In this document: in pieces, positions 18,349 through 27,327 of the stretch | Position numbering within the stretch: position 1 is the first letter of the stretch | Layout of the letters: every line of letters begins with the position of its first letter | Assembly (NCBI GenBank): GCA_964580235.1 | Contig: CAZOJY010000003.1 | Location: forward strand, 934-64,933 | DNA: 64,000 nt | Source: an uncultured Eubacteriales bacterium | GTDB taxonomy: Bacteria; Acidobacteriota; Aminicenantia; Aminicenantales; Aminicenantaceae | Reading direction: 5' to 3' | Notes under the pieces: model-generated | Database searches by the model: none | The model's input: the letters and a program-made list of their open reading frames with translations, nothing else | Told to the model about the DNA's origin: nothing | Position numbers and translations under genes: made by a program

Positions 18349-19641
18349 CTAGAACCGGCCCCCGCCCCGATAACGTATTCTTCCAAAGCGCGGATTGACT
18401 ACGTTGCTGTAGACCGATCCGAACGTATAGCGCAATCCTACGGAAATAGAATAGTTATAACTTGTAAGAAGCTCTTTTCTTGCCAGAAGCACCTCGTCGA
18501 TGGAAGCCTCTCCTTTCGGTAGGGATAATTGGTCGTGGATACGTTGATACCGTCCGGAAACATTTACAGACAATCCCTTAAAAACACGAAAATTCAGGTA
18601 ACCTCTTAGTTCGAGGCGGTTTTTACTAAAGTCATGAAAATAATGTGACCCTTCAAGCGATGTGGACACGCTTCCCCATGGTTCCCTGATCTCCAGGGTT
18701 ACAGAGACTGACTGATTGAACAGGGATTCTTGTGTTTTTTCGTAAATTGTTTCTTCTGCATAATTTGCATGATTATAACCGAGCTTGTACAGAAATCTGA
18801 GCTGGCGCCGGGTGGATTCAGAATAAGGGAATAAATTGTATTCGACCGCCGGCGCAACCGTGAAAAGAAGGTCCAGGTTGCTGTACGTGGAGGCTTCTGT
18901 CTCGATCCAGCCTCCGATGGACCAGTGGTCGCTGATGCTTTTAACGGCCATGCTCGTGGCGTTTTTTTCCTCGGATACGCTTTTGATGTATTCGTCTTCG
19001 TAATCGTATGTCCGTTTGTCGAATTCACCGGATAAACCCAGCCTGATCTTCCAGTCGGGTGTGATCCGGTTGGCTGAAACATTTACGTCCAGCGAGCTGG
19101 AGCTTCGGCTCGATTCTCCGCCGAGACGGCCGTCCAGGTTTATGCTGAAAACCCAAAAATTCCAGGGGTCCTTTACAGCGGTGGGTTTGAGTTTCTGGCG
19201 GAAGCTCAGGTAAATATAATTAGCGATTGGAGTCTTTATCACATAGGGAAAAAGCCCTCTTTTCATCACCTCGATCTGCCCTCGCCTGATTTCATCCCCT
19301 GTATCGTTTGGACCGGACGAGTAGGAAAGGGTGTTGTCCAAACCTGCATATTCGTTCAATCCGATAAAGGCGAATGTGTATTCCCGGCCTCCGCTTCCTG
19401 TGCGTTGGTCTGTCACCAGGACATGAATGTCCGCATCCTTTCTATCGCGGACATAATTCACATAGGTGATTTCATCCCGGAAATAGTCTCTGTCACATCT
19501 CCGGCAGTCGAGGAAGACTTTTGGGGCAGCCTCTTTCAGCTCATCCGCATTGGGTTTAGGGTTATCGGCCAGAAGCAGAACTGCTGAGAACGAACAACTC
19601 AACCACATGAGCAGGAATAAGATTATTCGCGATCGTTTCAT
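18349..19641 (-). CDS. Hypothetical outer-membrane beta-barrel-like protein
   Basis: 430 aa with a signal peptide (MKRSRIILFLLMWLSCSFSAVLLLA). Alternating amphipathic beta-strand pattern and a C-terminal aromatic residue (...RYRGGGRF). No catalytic motif recognised. Confidence 0.5.
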   Translation of the reverse strand: MKRSRIILFLLMWLSCSFSAVLLLADNPKPNADELKEAAPKVFLDCRRCDRDYFRDEITYVNYVRDRKDADIHVLVTDQRTGSGGREYTFAFIGLNEYAGLDNTLSYSSGPNDTGDEIRRGQIEVMKRGLFPYVIKTPIANYIYLSFRQKLKPTAVKDPWNFWVFSINLDGRLGGESSRSSSSLDVNVSANRITPDWKIRLGLSGEFDKRTYDYEDEYIKSVSEEKNATSMAVKSISDHWSIGGWIETEASTYSNLDLLFTVAPAVEYNLFPYSESTRRQLRFLYKLGYNHANYAEETIYEKTQESLFNQSVSVTLEIREPWGSVSTSLEGSHYFHDFSKNRLELRGYLNFRVFKGLSVNVSGRYQRIHDQLSLPKGEASIDEVLLARKELLTSYNYSISVGLRYTFGSVYSNVVNPRFGRIRYRGGGRF

Positions 19642-19788
19642 GTGTTTTCTCCTTAATCCGATTCAAATTTTCTTGCTTTAACTCACTGGCATGTCTCAAT
19701 TTGGCAGAATTGAGAAGGATTAGGATAGCACAGAAATGTTAAAAGAACGTGAAATTAAGATTAAATAATTTTAATCTTCACATCTGCA

Positions 19789-21138
19789 TTATTTTATAAG
19801 GAATAGTGTTGTCTGACGTCCGTCGATGAATTTGCAGCCGCCTTCGGTGAAAACGCCTCCCTCCTCAAGACCCATCCGAACGTCCTGGTTGTCCCACTCC
19901 GGAACTTTGTAACGGTTGTTCATTTCGATGGCGTAACACGTGTTGTTGTATAAGGGATAATCGCCCCTTACGGGAACTCCGTCCTGCCGATTCCACAGCC
20001 CCACGATGAATCCAGCGGCGTGTCCATGCACTCCGAGGGGATGACAGTAAACGCTGGGCGTCAGGCCTTCGGCTCTGGCTTTCTCGAGAGATATTCGGAG
20101 AACTTCGTTTCCGGTTCGGCCGGCGCGGTGTTCTGTTATCACGATATCCTGCAGCCGGTTTCCTCTGCGCAGTGCCTCTTTCAATCCTTCAGGCGCAGCG
20201 TTTTCTCCGATGCGGCATACATAGGCATTCTGCTGGGTGTCTGTGCAGAGCCCCAGGTAGACAATACCAATATCACAATGAAGGAGATCTCCCCGCCGGA
20301 TTACCTCAGGATTTTCTTTATATCTTTGGGAATCCTTCCTGGACCTCTGGATCGAGACAGAGGGATGAAACCAGGTTTCCAGCCCCAGGCCGGTGATCCT
20401 CTGCCGGATCCACCAGACCACATCCTCTGTTGTGGTCGCATCCGGAACGATCACCTGATTCGAAAAAAATTCAGCGATGATATCATGGGCGATTCCGAAA
20501 ATGTGGCGGTAGAGACTCAGTTCCCGGGGACTCCGGGTTTCCAGCCACCCCACACACAGATTTTCTGCTGAAACCAACCGGGCTGATAATTCGGGCCCCA
20601 GGGCTCTGACCACTCTGGCCTTGAAAGAGGCAGACAGTCCATCTCCAAAAGCCCAGGTTTCAGATTCGTTGATCCCGATCCTTTCTGGATTGCTCTTTTT
20701 GATGTAGTCAGCCAGGACCTCCATCTGGTCTTTGCTTTGATCCGTATAGATGGATTTATACCATTCCCCCATCCCGTAAAAGCTGGCTGTCAACCTTTCC
20801 ACTCCCTCCTTTTCTCCTTTATCATGGAAGATGAGGATGGAAGTTCGGCGCGCGGCCATGGTTGGCTCCGGGACCAGGGTCAGGTATACAGGATCCTCGT
20901 TGTACTCCCGGCAGATGATGAGCCACATATCGATCCCTTCCCGTTCCATAAGCGCGGGAATGATGTTCTCCAACCGCCATTCCAGGATTTCGTTCATGAC
21001 CTTTGCCCGGTCCTTTTCCGGCAAAATGTTGTCGATGTCCCGGACAGCCGTGGTCCCGATACCCTGCGAATAAATAATCCCCACAGCTAGGGATAAAAGG
21101 AAGGCGGTTAAAACAAGCAAAGATTTTCCTCTTTTCAT
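19789..21138 (-). CDS. Exported M24-family metallopeptidase (Xaa-Pro aminopeptidase-like)
   Basis: 449 aa with a signal peptide. The pita-bread-fold metal-ligand context is plausible: LHCDIGIVYLGLCTD, YCHPLGVHGH, YAIEMN, GLEEGG. Confidence 0.62.
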   Translation of the reverse strand: MKRGKSLLVLTAFLLSLAVGIIYSQGIGTTAVRDIDNILPEKDRAKVMNEILEWRLENIIPALMEREGIDMWLIICREYNEDPVYLTLVPEPTMAARRTSILIFHDKGEKEGVERLTASFYGMGEWYKSIYTDQSKDQMEVLADYIKKSNPERIGINESETWAFGDGLSASFKARVVRALGPELSARLVSAENLCVGWLETRSPRELSLYRHIFGIAHDIIAEFFSNQVIVPDATTTEDVVWWIRQRITGLGLETWFHPSVSIQRSRKDSQRYKENPEVIRRGDLLHCDIGIVYLGLCTDTQQNAYVCRIGENAAPEGLKEALRRGNRLQDIVITEHRAGRTGNEVLRISLEKARAEGLTPSVYCHPLGVHGHAAGFIVGLWNRQDGVPVRGDYPLYNNTCYAIEMNNRYKVPEWDNQDVRMGLEEGGVFTEGGCKFIDGRQTTLFLIK

Positions 21139-21214
21139 TTGTCCCTCGCATTCAAAGAAATTTTAGTAAAATTTTTTTGGCGTTTTTTTTGCCACCAGAC
21201 ATATTCCTTATTGC

Positions 21215-23095
21215 TTACTGGATTTTCAAGTTGATCCGTTTTGTATCTGTTCCTCCGTGTTCCGATTCGACATGAATCTCAACCCAGCCCTTTCCGCCGT
21301 CCATCCTCACAAGGGCGGCGAAGCGGAGGGCCTGTTTTCCTTTTAGCCAAAAATCGGTTCCCTTTTTCGTGATCAATTCCACATGGGCGTTGGGATTCGA
21401 ACGGTCGATTGCGGCAGAGCCGCTTGGAACTTCGATCATCGAAACATTGTTGGATGTCTTGAGTATGATCTTGTCTTTATCAACCCGTTTGAGTTGTTTG
21501 GCTCTATCTGATGCTGTGGGGTAGACCCTGTCGTTTTTGACCTCCGCCTCAATCCAGTAAAGACTGTCTGCCGCCGGCTGCACATGGATATCTGAGATCT
21601 CGACTTTGGGAAACTGGCTGGCGCAGTACAATACGAACTGGGCGTTTTTAAATGCCTCCTGTTCGATATACCGGGACGGAGGGGTCCGCCGGATGTGTTT
21701 TTTTGGGGTCCCGCCTATCCAGATTTCGCCCAGGTCTGGATGATTGAATTTGTGTGGGTTTACCCAGCCTTCTCCCGTTAGTTCAATATCAATCCATTTG
21801 AGCATCTCTTCGTCAGAGACGCGGCCGTCGCCGTCTTCATCTGCGTCAAAGGCCGGTGATCCCCAGAGTTCGATCAGATAGCCATAGGCGCCGAGCATAT
21901 AGTAAGTGGCTGCGTGAGCCTGGCCGCTGAGGCCTGCGATGGTGGGGCGGTAGTTTTTAAGAATTCGAGCCCCAGAGGTGACGATGGCTGTCTGGGTGTC
22001 CATGTCGTGCTGGTAGGTGGGTGCCACCTGACGGTTGAAAAGCTGAGCATACTTGTTGGTTTTGCGCATCATTGCCAGACGCTGCTCCTGCATTTCCTGC
22101 ATGCGCTGGCGTTGTTCGGCAGTCATATTGGGCTGGCGGACCGCCGGCGGCGCCTGGAACATGATCAAACGACCTGTATTGTGGTAGTGAAAACTGGCGA
22201 AAATGTTGGGGTGTTTGAGTTGAAACTCGAACACGTTCCGGCATTCGGGTTCTGACATCGGATAAGGATTTCCGGCCTGTAGGTTCCATCCATAAGGAAA
22301 ATTCCGGTTGGGATCGGGTCCCCCGATATCGTCCTCGTTGATAAAACCGTCTCCATCGTTGTCGTATCCTTCGCCTCCTATCCGGGTGAAGAGTTGAACG
22401 CCATCTTCCGCCGGCCCGTCCACTCGGACAAACTGTCTCTTGTCCGCTGAAATTTTGTAGTTCCCGTTTGGGTCGGCGATGTACATGGTGGAAAGTTCTC
22501 CGTCCCCGTCCACATCCTCGGTCTGGTCCTCATCGTAAAGTCCATCGCCATCGTTATCCTCTGGCCGGTAAGGCTCACGGGGGTTGTTCGGCGTATTAGG
22601 ATATTCGACATAGGATTCGTTGGCGTCAACGTTCAGTCCCGGGAGAATGTAAAAAGTGCAGTTGTCCACCAGATCGTGCACATACGGATCATAATCATAC
22701 CGCGTTAGCAGGTACCACATCAGATACAACGAGCAGGTGATCCCGTTGACTTCGTTGCCGTGAATGGCCCCATCTACCCACATGGCTGTTTTTTCAGAGT
22801 GTTTTCCCGTTGCTTTCGCTGTGATAGTGATCAAAAATTGGTCTCTGCCCATCCGGCTTTTGCCTATGCTCTGGATGTCGGAAAGCTGGGGGTACTTTTT
22901 CTGGATGTCGTGCATTATCTTGGTCCACTCCGCATAGCTGTAGTACCGGTTCCAGGAGATCGGAAAGTCCAGTTCACCATGATACCCGCCCGGGCTATTT
23001 TGAAGTTTTTTCTGGGGAAATCCTTGGGGAGCCAGGACAAAAAACATGGTTAAGGTAAGAGACGCCGTGTATTTAAACATTCTTTTGATCTTCAT
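21215..23095 (-). CDS. Exported M14-family zinc carboxypeptidase with Asp-rich Ca-binding-like inserts
   Basis: 626 aa with a signal peptide. HxxE zinc motif in WVDGAIHGNEVNG. DxDxDG-type runs (EDNDGDGLYDEDQTEDVDGDGE, YDNDGDGFINEDD). NRNFP motif. Confidence 0.8.
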   Translation of the reverse strand: MKIKRMFKYTASLTLTMFFVLAPQGFPQKKLQNSPGGYHGELDFPISWNRYYSYAEWTKIMHDIQKKYPQLSDIQSIGKSRMGRDQFLITITAKATGKHSEKTAMWVDGAIHGNEVNGITCSLYLMWYLLTRYDYDPYVHDLVDNCTFYILPGLNVDANESYVEYPNTPNNPREPYRPEDNDGDGLYDEDQTEDVDGDGELSTMYIADPNGNYKISADKRQFVRVDGPAEDGVQLFTRIGGEGYDNDGDGFINEDDIGGPDPNRNFPYGWNLQAGNPYPMSEPECRNVFEFQLKHPNIFASFHYHNTGRLIMFQAPPAVRQPNMTAEQRQRMQEMQEQRLAMMRKTNKYAQLFNRQVAPTYQHDMDTQTAIVTSGARILKNYRPTIAGLSGQAHAATYYMLGAYGYLIELWGSPAFDADEDGDGRVSDEEMLKWIDIELTGEGWVNPHKFNHPDLGEIWIGGTPKKHIRRTPPSRYIEQEAFKNAQFVLYCASQFPKVEISDIHVQPAADSLYWIEAEVKNDRVYPTASDRAKQLKRVDKDKIILKTSNNVSMIEVPSGSAAIDRSNPNAHVELITKKGTDFWLKGKQALRFAALVRMDGGKGWVEIHVESEHGGTDTKRINLKIQ

Positions 23096-23108
23096 CTCAA
23101 TCCTCCGT

Positions 23109-25235
23109 TTAATCGATGGACACCGGTTGAACTTTGGTGCCGCCTTTCTGCGAGGTCAGCACGACTTTGAGCGGAGTATTACCCTCCACAGCGACCAGCC
23201 ATGTGACTGTCCGCGAGGATCCTTTCTGCCGGACCTGCGTCGGTTGTCTCCGCTGCTGCCTAAACTGTGACATTGGATAGCCCGGGGGAAAGAAAAACCT
23301 CTGTTGTGAGCGCTGCTGGGACGAGGCTGATGGCGTTCCCCGTCCTTTATATCCCGGAATCCGCATGGTTCCTTCCATCACACCCAGCTTCTGAAAGGGT
23401 GTTCCGAGCAAGTAAGTTGTTTTGGCGGGGTCGCCGACAAGCCAGATCACATCTTCTCTATTTCCGGCAAGTTGGGCTCCCCGGGCAATGTGCGTGGCGA
23501 GTTTGCCTGTATTTTCGACCTTGGCTGTAATCTGAATGACTTTAAATTTTCCTTTTGACTGGCCCTTTTTGATCGTGACCTGGCCTCCAGTTTGAACAGC
23601 TTTTGCTTCTTTAGCGTTGTTGGTTGTGTACAGGACCTTTGCCTTGACATCGTTTATCACGACCTCAGGCAAGAGGCCTGCGCGAAAAAGCGTGAACTGC
23701 CAGTGATCTTCACAGACTTTGCGCAACGGGTCTCCGGGCCAGGCATTGTTTCGGTAATTGGGAAGCCAGCCGCCGATTTCTCCTTCGCCCAGCTCCGGGT
23801 GTTTGAACGGTTTCCAATCGATGAACAGCTTTCCTCCGTATTTGTCATCCTGATATTTGAGTGCTGCCCGCTGCATCTGGGCATAATCCACATCCCCTTC
23901 AAGTTTGGGAAAATCCGGGATGTCCTCTTCTGGATTCCAGAGTTCGGTGGTGATGGCATAGATGCCGTACTCTTTGTACATCCAGTCCGTGGCCATGCCG
24001 TAGCTGTAGCGTTTGTCCTGCTCTTCGTTGTAGCTCACTCTCCACCCCCGGGGGAGTTCATATCCCCGCATGATGGCGTATTTATTTTTCGAGGTTTTTT
24101 TGAGTTCCTCCCTGTATTTATCCAGTTTGTCGGGATTTTTCCACGCATCCGGGATTTCTTCACCGATAATCTCCAGATATTTTTTTCCCATGACTTGGTC
24201 CAACACCGCCACATCCTTGGGATGCAGGCTAGGATGGGGGGCTGTTCCCATCGGCCGGTAGGTGAATCCGCCTGAGGTGTGATAGTTCTGTGCCATCAGG
24301 ACGTTGGAGTGACTGGTCAAAAACTCGGCGATGGCGTGCGTTTCAGGTGCAGACGTTGGGAAGTTGCCCTTCCCTCCAGCAAATCCGTCGGTGCGCCACC
24401 ATCCTTCGGGAAAATTACGGTTGAGGTCGATTCCAGATTCCGAATCCTCTCCGCGTTTGCCGTCTCCGTCATTGTCCTTATCCTCTCTGATAACGGAATA
24501 ACGGGGCTTGTCGGTTTTCTGGTCTCTGCGGAGTCGTATCATCAGACGCGGATCTTGATCATCGATGACATAATTCCCCTTGGGATCATTGTAGCGGAAC
24601 TGCAGAATAAGTCCGTCCCCGTTGAGGTCGTCCGGTCCGTCCTCGTTGATTTTTCCATCCTTGTCGTCATCTTTCTGCATGCTGTTGGTTCGCTGCGGTA
24701 CGCCTTTTTCCACGCTGTTGTACACCCCGTCCGGGTTGACGATCGGGCAGATGTAGAAAGTCTTATTGTCTACAATATGCGTGATCTCTTTGTCAGATCC
24801 ATATCCGGTGACCAGCTTATCGATGGTGTACAAACAGACCTCGGTCCCGGTGAACTCGTTCCCATGGGTGGCACCGCAGATCCAGTGACCCGGTTTTCCT
24901 TGATAGGATTTCATCGGCGTAACATTTTTCACGCCTTCTTTGCGCATATTTTGCAGGTTCACTTGTGCGTCGATCGTGGTCCCGATCTTCATGTTGGAGA
25001 TCACAAGGACAAAAATTGGCCTGCCGTTCGTGCTTTTCCCAATTTCAAGGAGCTTTGTAATATTGGGATAGCCTTTGGCAACGGCTTTGAGATAATTTGC
25101 TGTGCCATTGTATCCGTGATATTGATCGAAACGGATCGGTACTTTTTGTGCAGAATGTAGAGGAACGCTTATTATAAGGCCAAGCACGATGAATATAATG
25201 GCCAACCTAAGGAAAAAAATAGGGTGCGAATTCAT
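23109..25235 (-). CDS. Exported M14-family zinc carboxypeptidase, tandem paralog
   Basis: ORF runs to 25298, but the internal ATG at 25235 (MNSHPIFFLRLAIIFIVLGLIISVPLHSA) gives a proper signal peptide. WICGATHGNEFTG zinc motif, Asp-rich inserts (KDDDKDGKINEDGPDDLNGDG, EDKDNDGDGKRGED) and NRNFP. Confidence 0.8.
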   Translation of the reverse strand: MNSHPIFFLRLAIIFIVLGLIISVPLHSAQKVPIRFDQYHGYNGTANYLKAVAKGYPNITKLLEIGKSTNGRPIFVLVISNMKIGTTIDAQVNLQNMRKEGVKNVTPMKSYQGKPGHWICGATHGNEFTGTEVCLYTIDKLVTGYGSDKEITHIVDNKTFYICPIVNPDGVYNSVEKGVPQRTNSMQKDDDKDGKINEDGPDDLNGDGLILQFRYNDPKGNYVIDDQDPRLMIRLRRDQKTDKPRYSVIREDKDNDGDGKRGEDSESGIDLNRNFPEGWWRTDGFAGGKGNFPTSAPETHAIAEFLTSHSNVLMAQNYHTSGGFTYRPMGTAPHPSLHPKDVAVLDQVMGKKYLEIIGEEIPDAWKNPDKLDKYREELKKTSKNKYAIMRGYELPRGWRVSYNEEQDKRYSYGMATDWMYKEYGIYAITTELWNPEEDIPDFPKLEGDVDYAQMQRAALKYQDDKYGGKLFIDWKPFKHPELGEGEIGGWLPNYRNNAWPGDPLRKVCEDHWQFTLFRAGLLPEVVINDVKAKVLYTTNNAKEAKAVQTGGQVTIKKGQSKGKFKVIQITAKVENTGKLATHIARGAQLAGNREDVIWLVGDPAKTTYLLGTPFQKLGVMEGTMRIPGYKGRGTPSASSQQRSQQRFFFPPGYPMSQFRQQRRQPTQVRQKGSSRTVTWLVAVEGNTPLKVVLTSQKGGTKVQPVSID

Positions 25236-25595
25236 AGCATTATCCCTCCCTTGTTGAGATTTACTTTTGGAAAAAAAGAGTGGCATGTGTGAAAACATAA
25301 GAGTGTATTACATAATACAAACAGACGATAAAATCAATTATTTATTTTAATCCATTGTTTGGCTTTGGCAACGCATTGAATCTAAATGGAAAAGCTTTGA
25401 TTTGAGATGAAATTCATGGCTTTGATCAAAGTTTTCTTTCCCAAAACCAAAAGTGGAAGACTTGGCAGGCTCTTCTTTGCTTTACAAAAAAGGATTCGCA
25501 ACGAAGGTGATGGACATGGCGTGACTGAAATATTCAAGTGTGTTATGGTGATAGAGGCAAAAAATAGACACAGGTGTCAAAAAATATACAGCAAA

Positions 25596-26594
25596 ATGGG
25601 AAAAATCTCCCGGAGAAAACAAAAACATTCATCCCTGTTCATTTTTTTTATATTCATGTTGTTAGTTTTCAATATCGGGTTTCTTTCCCCATCCTTTTCC
25701 CAGGAAAAAAAGAAACAGGAAATAAAATATGATGTAGCCGTTACGGCCATATCCATTGCTGTGAGCGTTCAAGACAAAAAAGGAAGGCATATTACCGGCT
25801 TGACCAAAGATGATTTTTTTGTTTACGAGAATAATGAAAAAAAAGACATCACCTATTTCAGTTACAATTTTGAGGCGCCTTTGAGTTTGACCATTCTCCT
25901 CGATGTGAGCGGCAGCATGGCCCTTCGGGATAAACTAAAAGAAAGCAAAGATGCCCTCGACTATCTGGCAAAATACCTTCTAAACGACCGAGATGAAATC
26001 TCCTTATTGATTTTTGCTGATGGAAAAGTGGAAATTGCTGCAAATTTCTCCGAAGATAAGACTGATTTTTTTTCTATTTTGGAAAAAACTGAAGCATACG
26101 GACAAACCGCTTTGAATGATGCCGTTGGCGTATCTCCAGATTTTGCAAACATGGGCAACAATGAAAAACGGGCTCTTCTTTTGATCACGGACGGGATCGA
26201 AAACGATAGCGAATATTCTCCTGATCAGGCCATCGAGGTTGCGCGGAGAGTGGACATTCCCATTTATACTATCGGATACAAAATCCCATATAGTGAGCAG
26301 TATTTAAAAAAGTATAAACATTCTGAAGGGTTGACGACTTCGGGTATTGTTGAATCTTTAGAAAGGTTTTCAGAAGCGACCGGAGGGACAGCCTATTTCA
26401 TTGATAAACCGCTTGATTTGAAGAATGCGTTGAGGCTGGTCAAGCAGGAACTGAGTTGCCAGTACATTCTTGGATACACATCTTATACGAATCCAAACAA
26501 TGAATACCGGAAAATAGCGGTTATGACAAAAAAAAGGAGCTACAAGGTAAGGACAAGAAAAGGTTATTATATCGGTAAGAAGAAGGGCACATAA
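25596..26594 (+). CDS. Exported VWA-domain protein with an Acidobacteria-type N-domain
   Basis: ORF starts at 25407, but MGKISRRKQKHSSLFIFFIFMLLVF at 25596 is a better signal-peptide start. N-domain IKYDVAVTAISIAVSVQDKKGRHITGLTKDDFFVYENNEKK. MIDAS motif LLDVSGSM. Confidence 0.78.
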   Translation: MGKISRRKQKHSSLFIFFIFMLLVFNIGFLSPSFSQEKKKQEIKYDVAVTAISIAVSVQDKKGRHITGLTKDDFFVYENNEKKDITYFSYNFEAPLSLTILLDVSGSMALRDKLKESKDALDYLAKYLLNDRDEISLLIFADGKVEIAANFSEDKTDFFSILEKTEAYGQTALNDAVGVSPDFANMGNNEKRALLLITDGIENDSEYSPDQAIEVARRVDIPIYTIGYKIPYSEQYLKKYKHSEGLTTSGIVESLERFSEATGGTAYFIDKPLDLKNALRLVKQELSCQYILGYTSYTNPNNEYRKIAVMTKKRSYKVRTRKGYYIGKKKGT

Positions 26595-26668
26595 TAATAT
26601 TTTCTATTTAATAGGAAAATGACTTGTGTTACGATAAATATAACGATAGAAAGGCAAGGGAGAAAAAA

Positions 26669-27316
26669 ATGAACAAAAGCAAAATAACTGTTCTTATTGG
26701 AGTTTTGCTAATTTTTGGTCTGATTGCCGGAACGGGCTGCGCGACAAAAAAGTATGTGATGGGCGAAGTGGCCACTATTGATCAGAAGGTTGAAGGTGTG
26801 GAAACTTCGGTCGAGGAGAATCAAAAAAGGATTAAGGAACATGATGAGAGCTTGGCCACACTGGGCTCCTTGATTAAAGAACAAGAGTCTGCATTGAGCA
26901 ACCAGAGAAAGGAGTTTGACAGTAAACTTAGCGAAGTGAAGAAGGCAGCGCAGGGAAGACTTATTTTTCAAGAGATTCTCAAAAATGATGAAGCGAAATT
27001 TAAATTTGACAGCTGGGAACTGAGTGATGCGGCAAAGGCAGAATTAGATAAGTTTGTTGAGGTCTTGATAGCTCAGGATAAAGGCCTGTATTTGGAGATC
27101 CAAGGGCATACGGATAACACAGGACCTGAGGATTGGAATTTGATTTTGGGAAAGAGAAGAGCCGAAGCCGTGATGGAATATCTGCACAAAAAATACAATA
27201 TTCCACTCCATAGAATGGAAGTAATCAGTTATGGGAGTGATATGCCGGTTGGTGATAGTTCAACCCGTGATGGAAGAGCGCAGAACAGGCGGGTGGTTAT
27301 ACTTGTGTTTGAATAA
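26669..27316 (+). CDS. OmpA-family lipoprotein with a coiled-coil N-region
   Basis: ORF starts at 26624. ATG 26669 follows AAGGGAG and gives MNKSKITVLIGVLLIFGLIAGTGC (lipobox). C-terminal OmpA-like domain GHTDNTGPEDWNLILGKRRAEAV...NRRVVILV. Confidence 0.85.
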   Translation: MNKSKITVLIGVLLIFGLIAGTGCATKKYVMGEVATIDQKVEGVETSVEENQKRIKEHDESLATLGSLIKEQESALSNQRKEFDSKLSEVKKAAQGRLIFQEILKNDEAKFKFDSWELSDAAKAELDKFVEVLIAQDKGLYLEIQGHTDNTGPEDWNLILGKRRAEAVMEYLHKKYNIPLHRMEVISYGSDMPVGDSSTRDGRAQNRRVVILVFE

Positions 27317-27327
27317 TTATATAAAAG

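Noticed and set aside
19758-19779. 9-bp AT-only hairpin (AAGATTAAA-taat-TTTAATCTT) just downstream of the M24 peptidase stop, as an intrinsic terminator. Coordinates are approximate.
   Set aside because: The stem is entirely A/T and has no following U-tract in the transcribed orientation, so the thermodynamic support is too weak for a confident terminator call.
25407-25595. N-terminal extensions offered by the ORF track for many genes: starts at 25407, 26624, 30113, 35301, 37599, 41577, 43249 and 51037 on the plus strand, and at 4635, 17700, 25298, 29514 and 59608 on the minus strand.
   Set aside because: The extensions overlap the preceding gene or lack any signal-peptide logic. Internal starts sit 1-7 nt after the upstream stop or form ATGA overlaps, follow Shine-Dalgarno-like GGAGG/AAGGAG sequences, and yield canonical signal, Tat or lipoprotein N-termini. 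The exact starts remain predictions.
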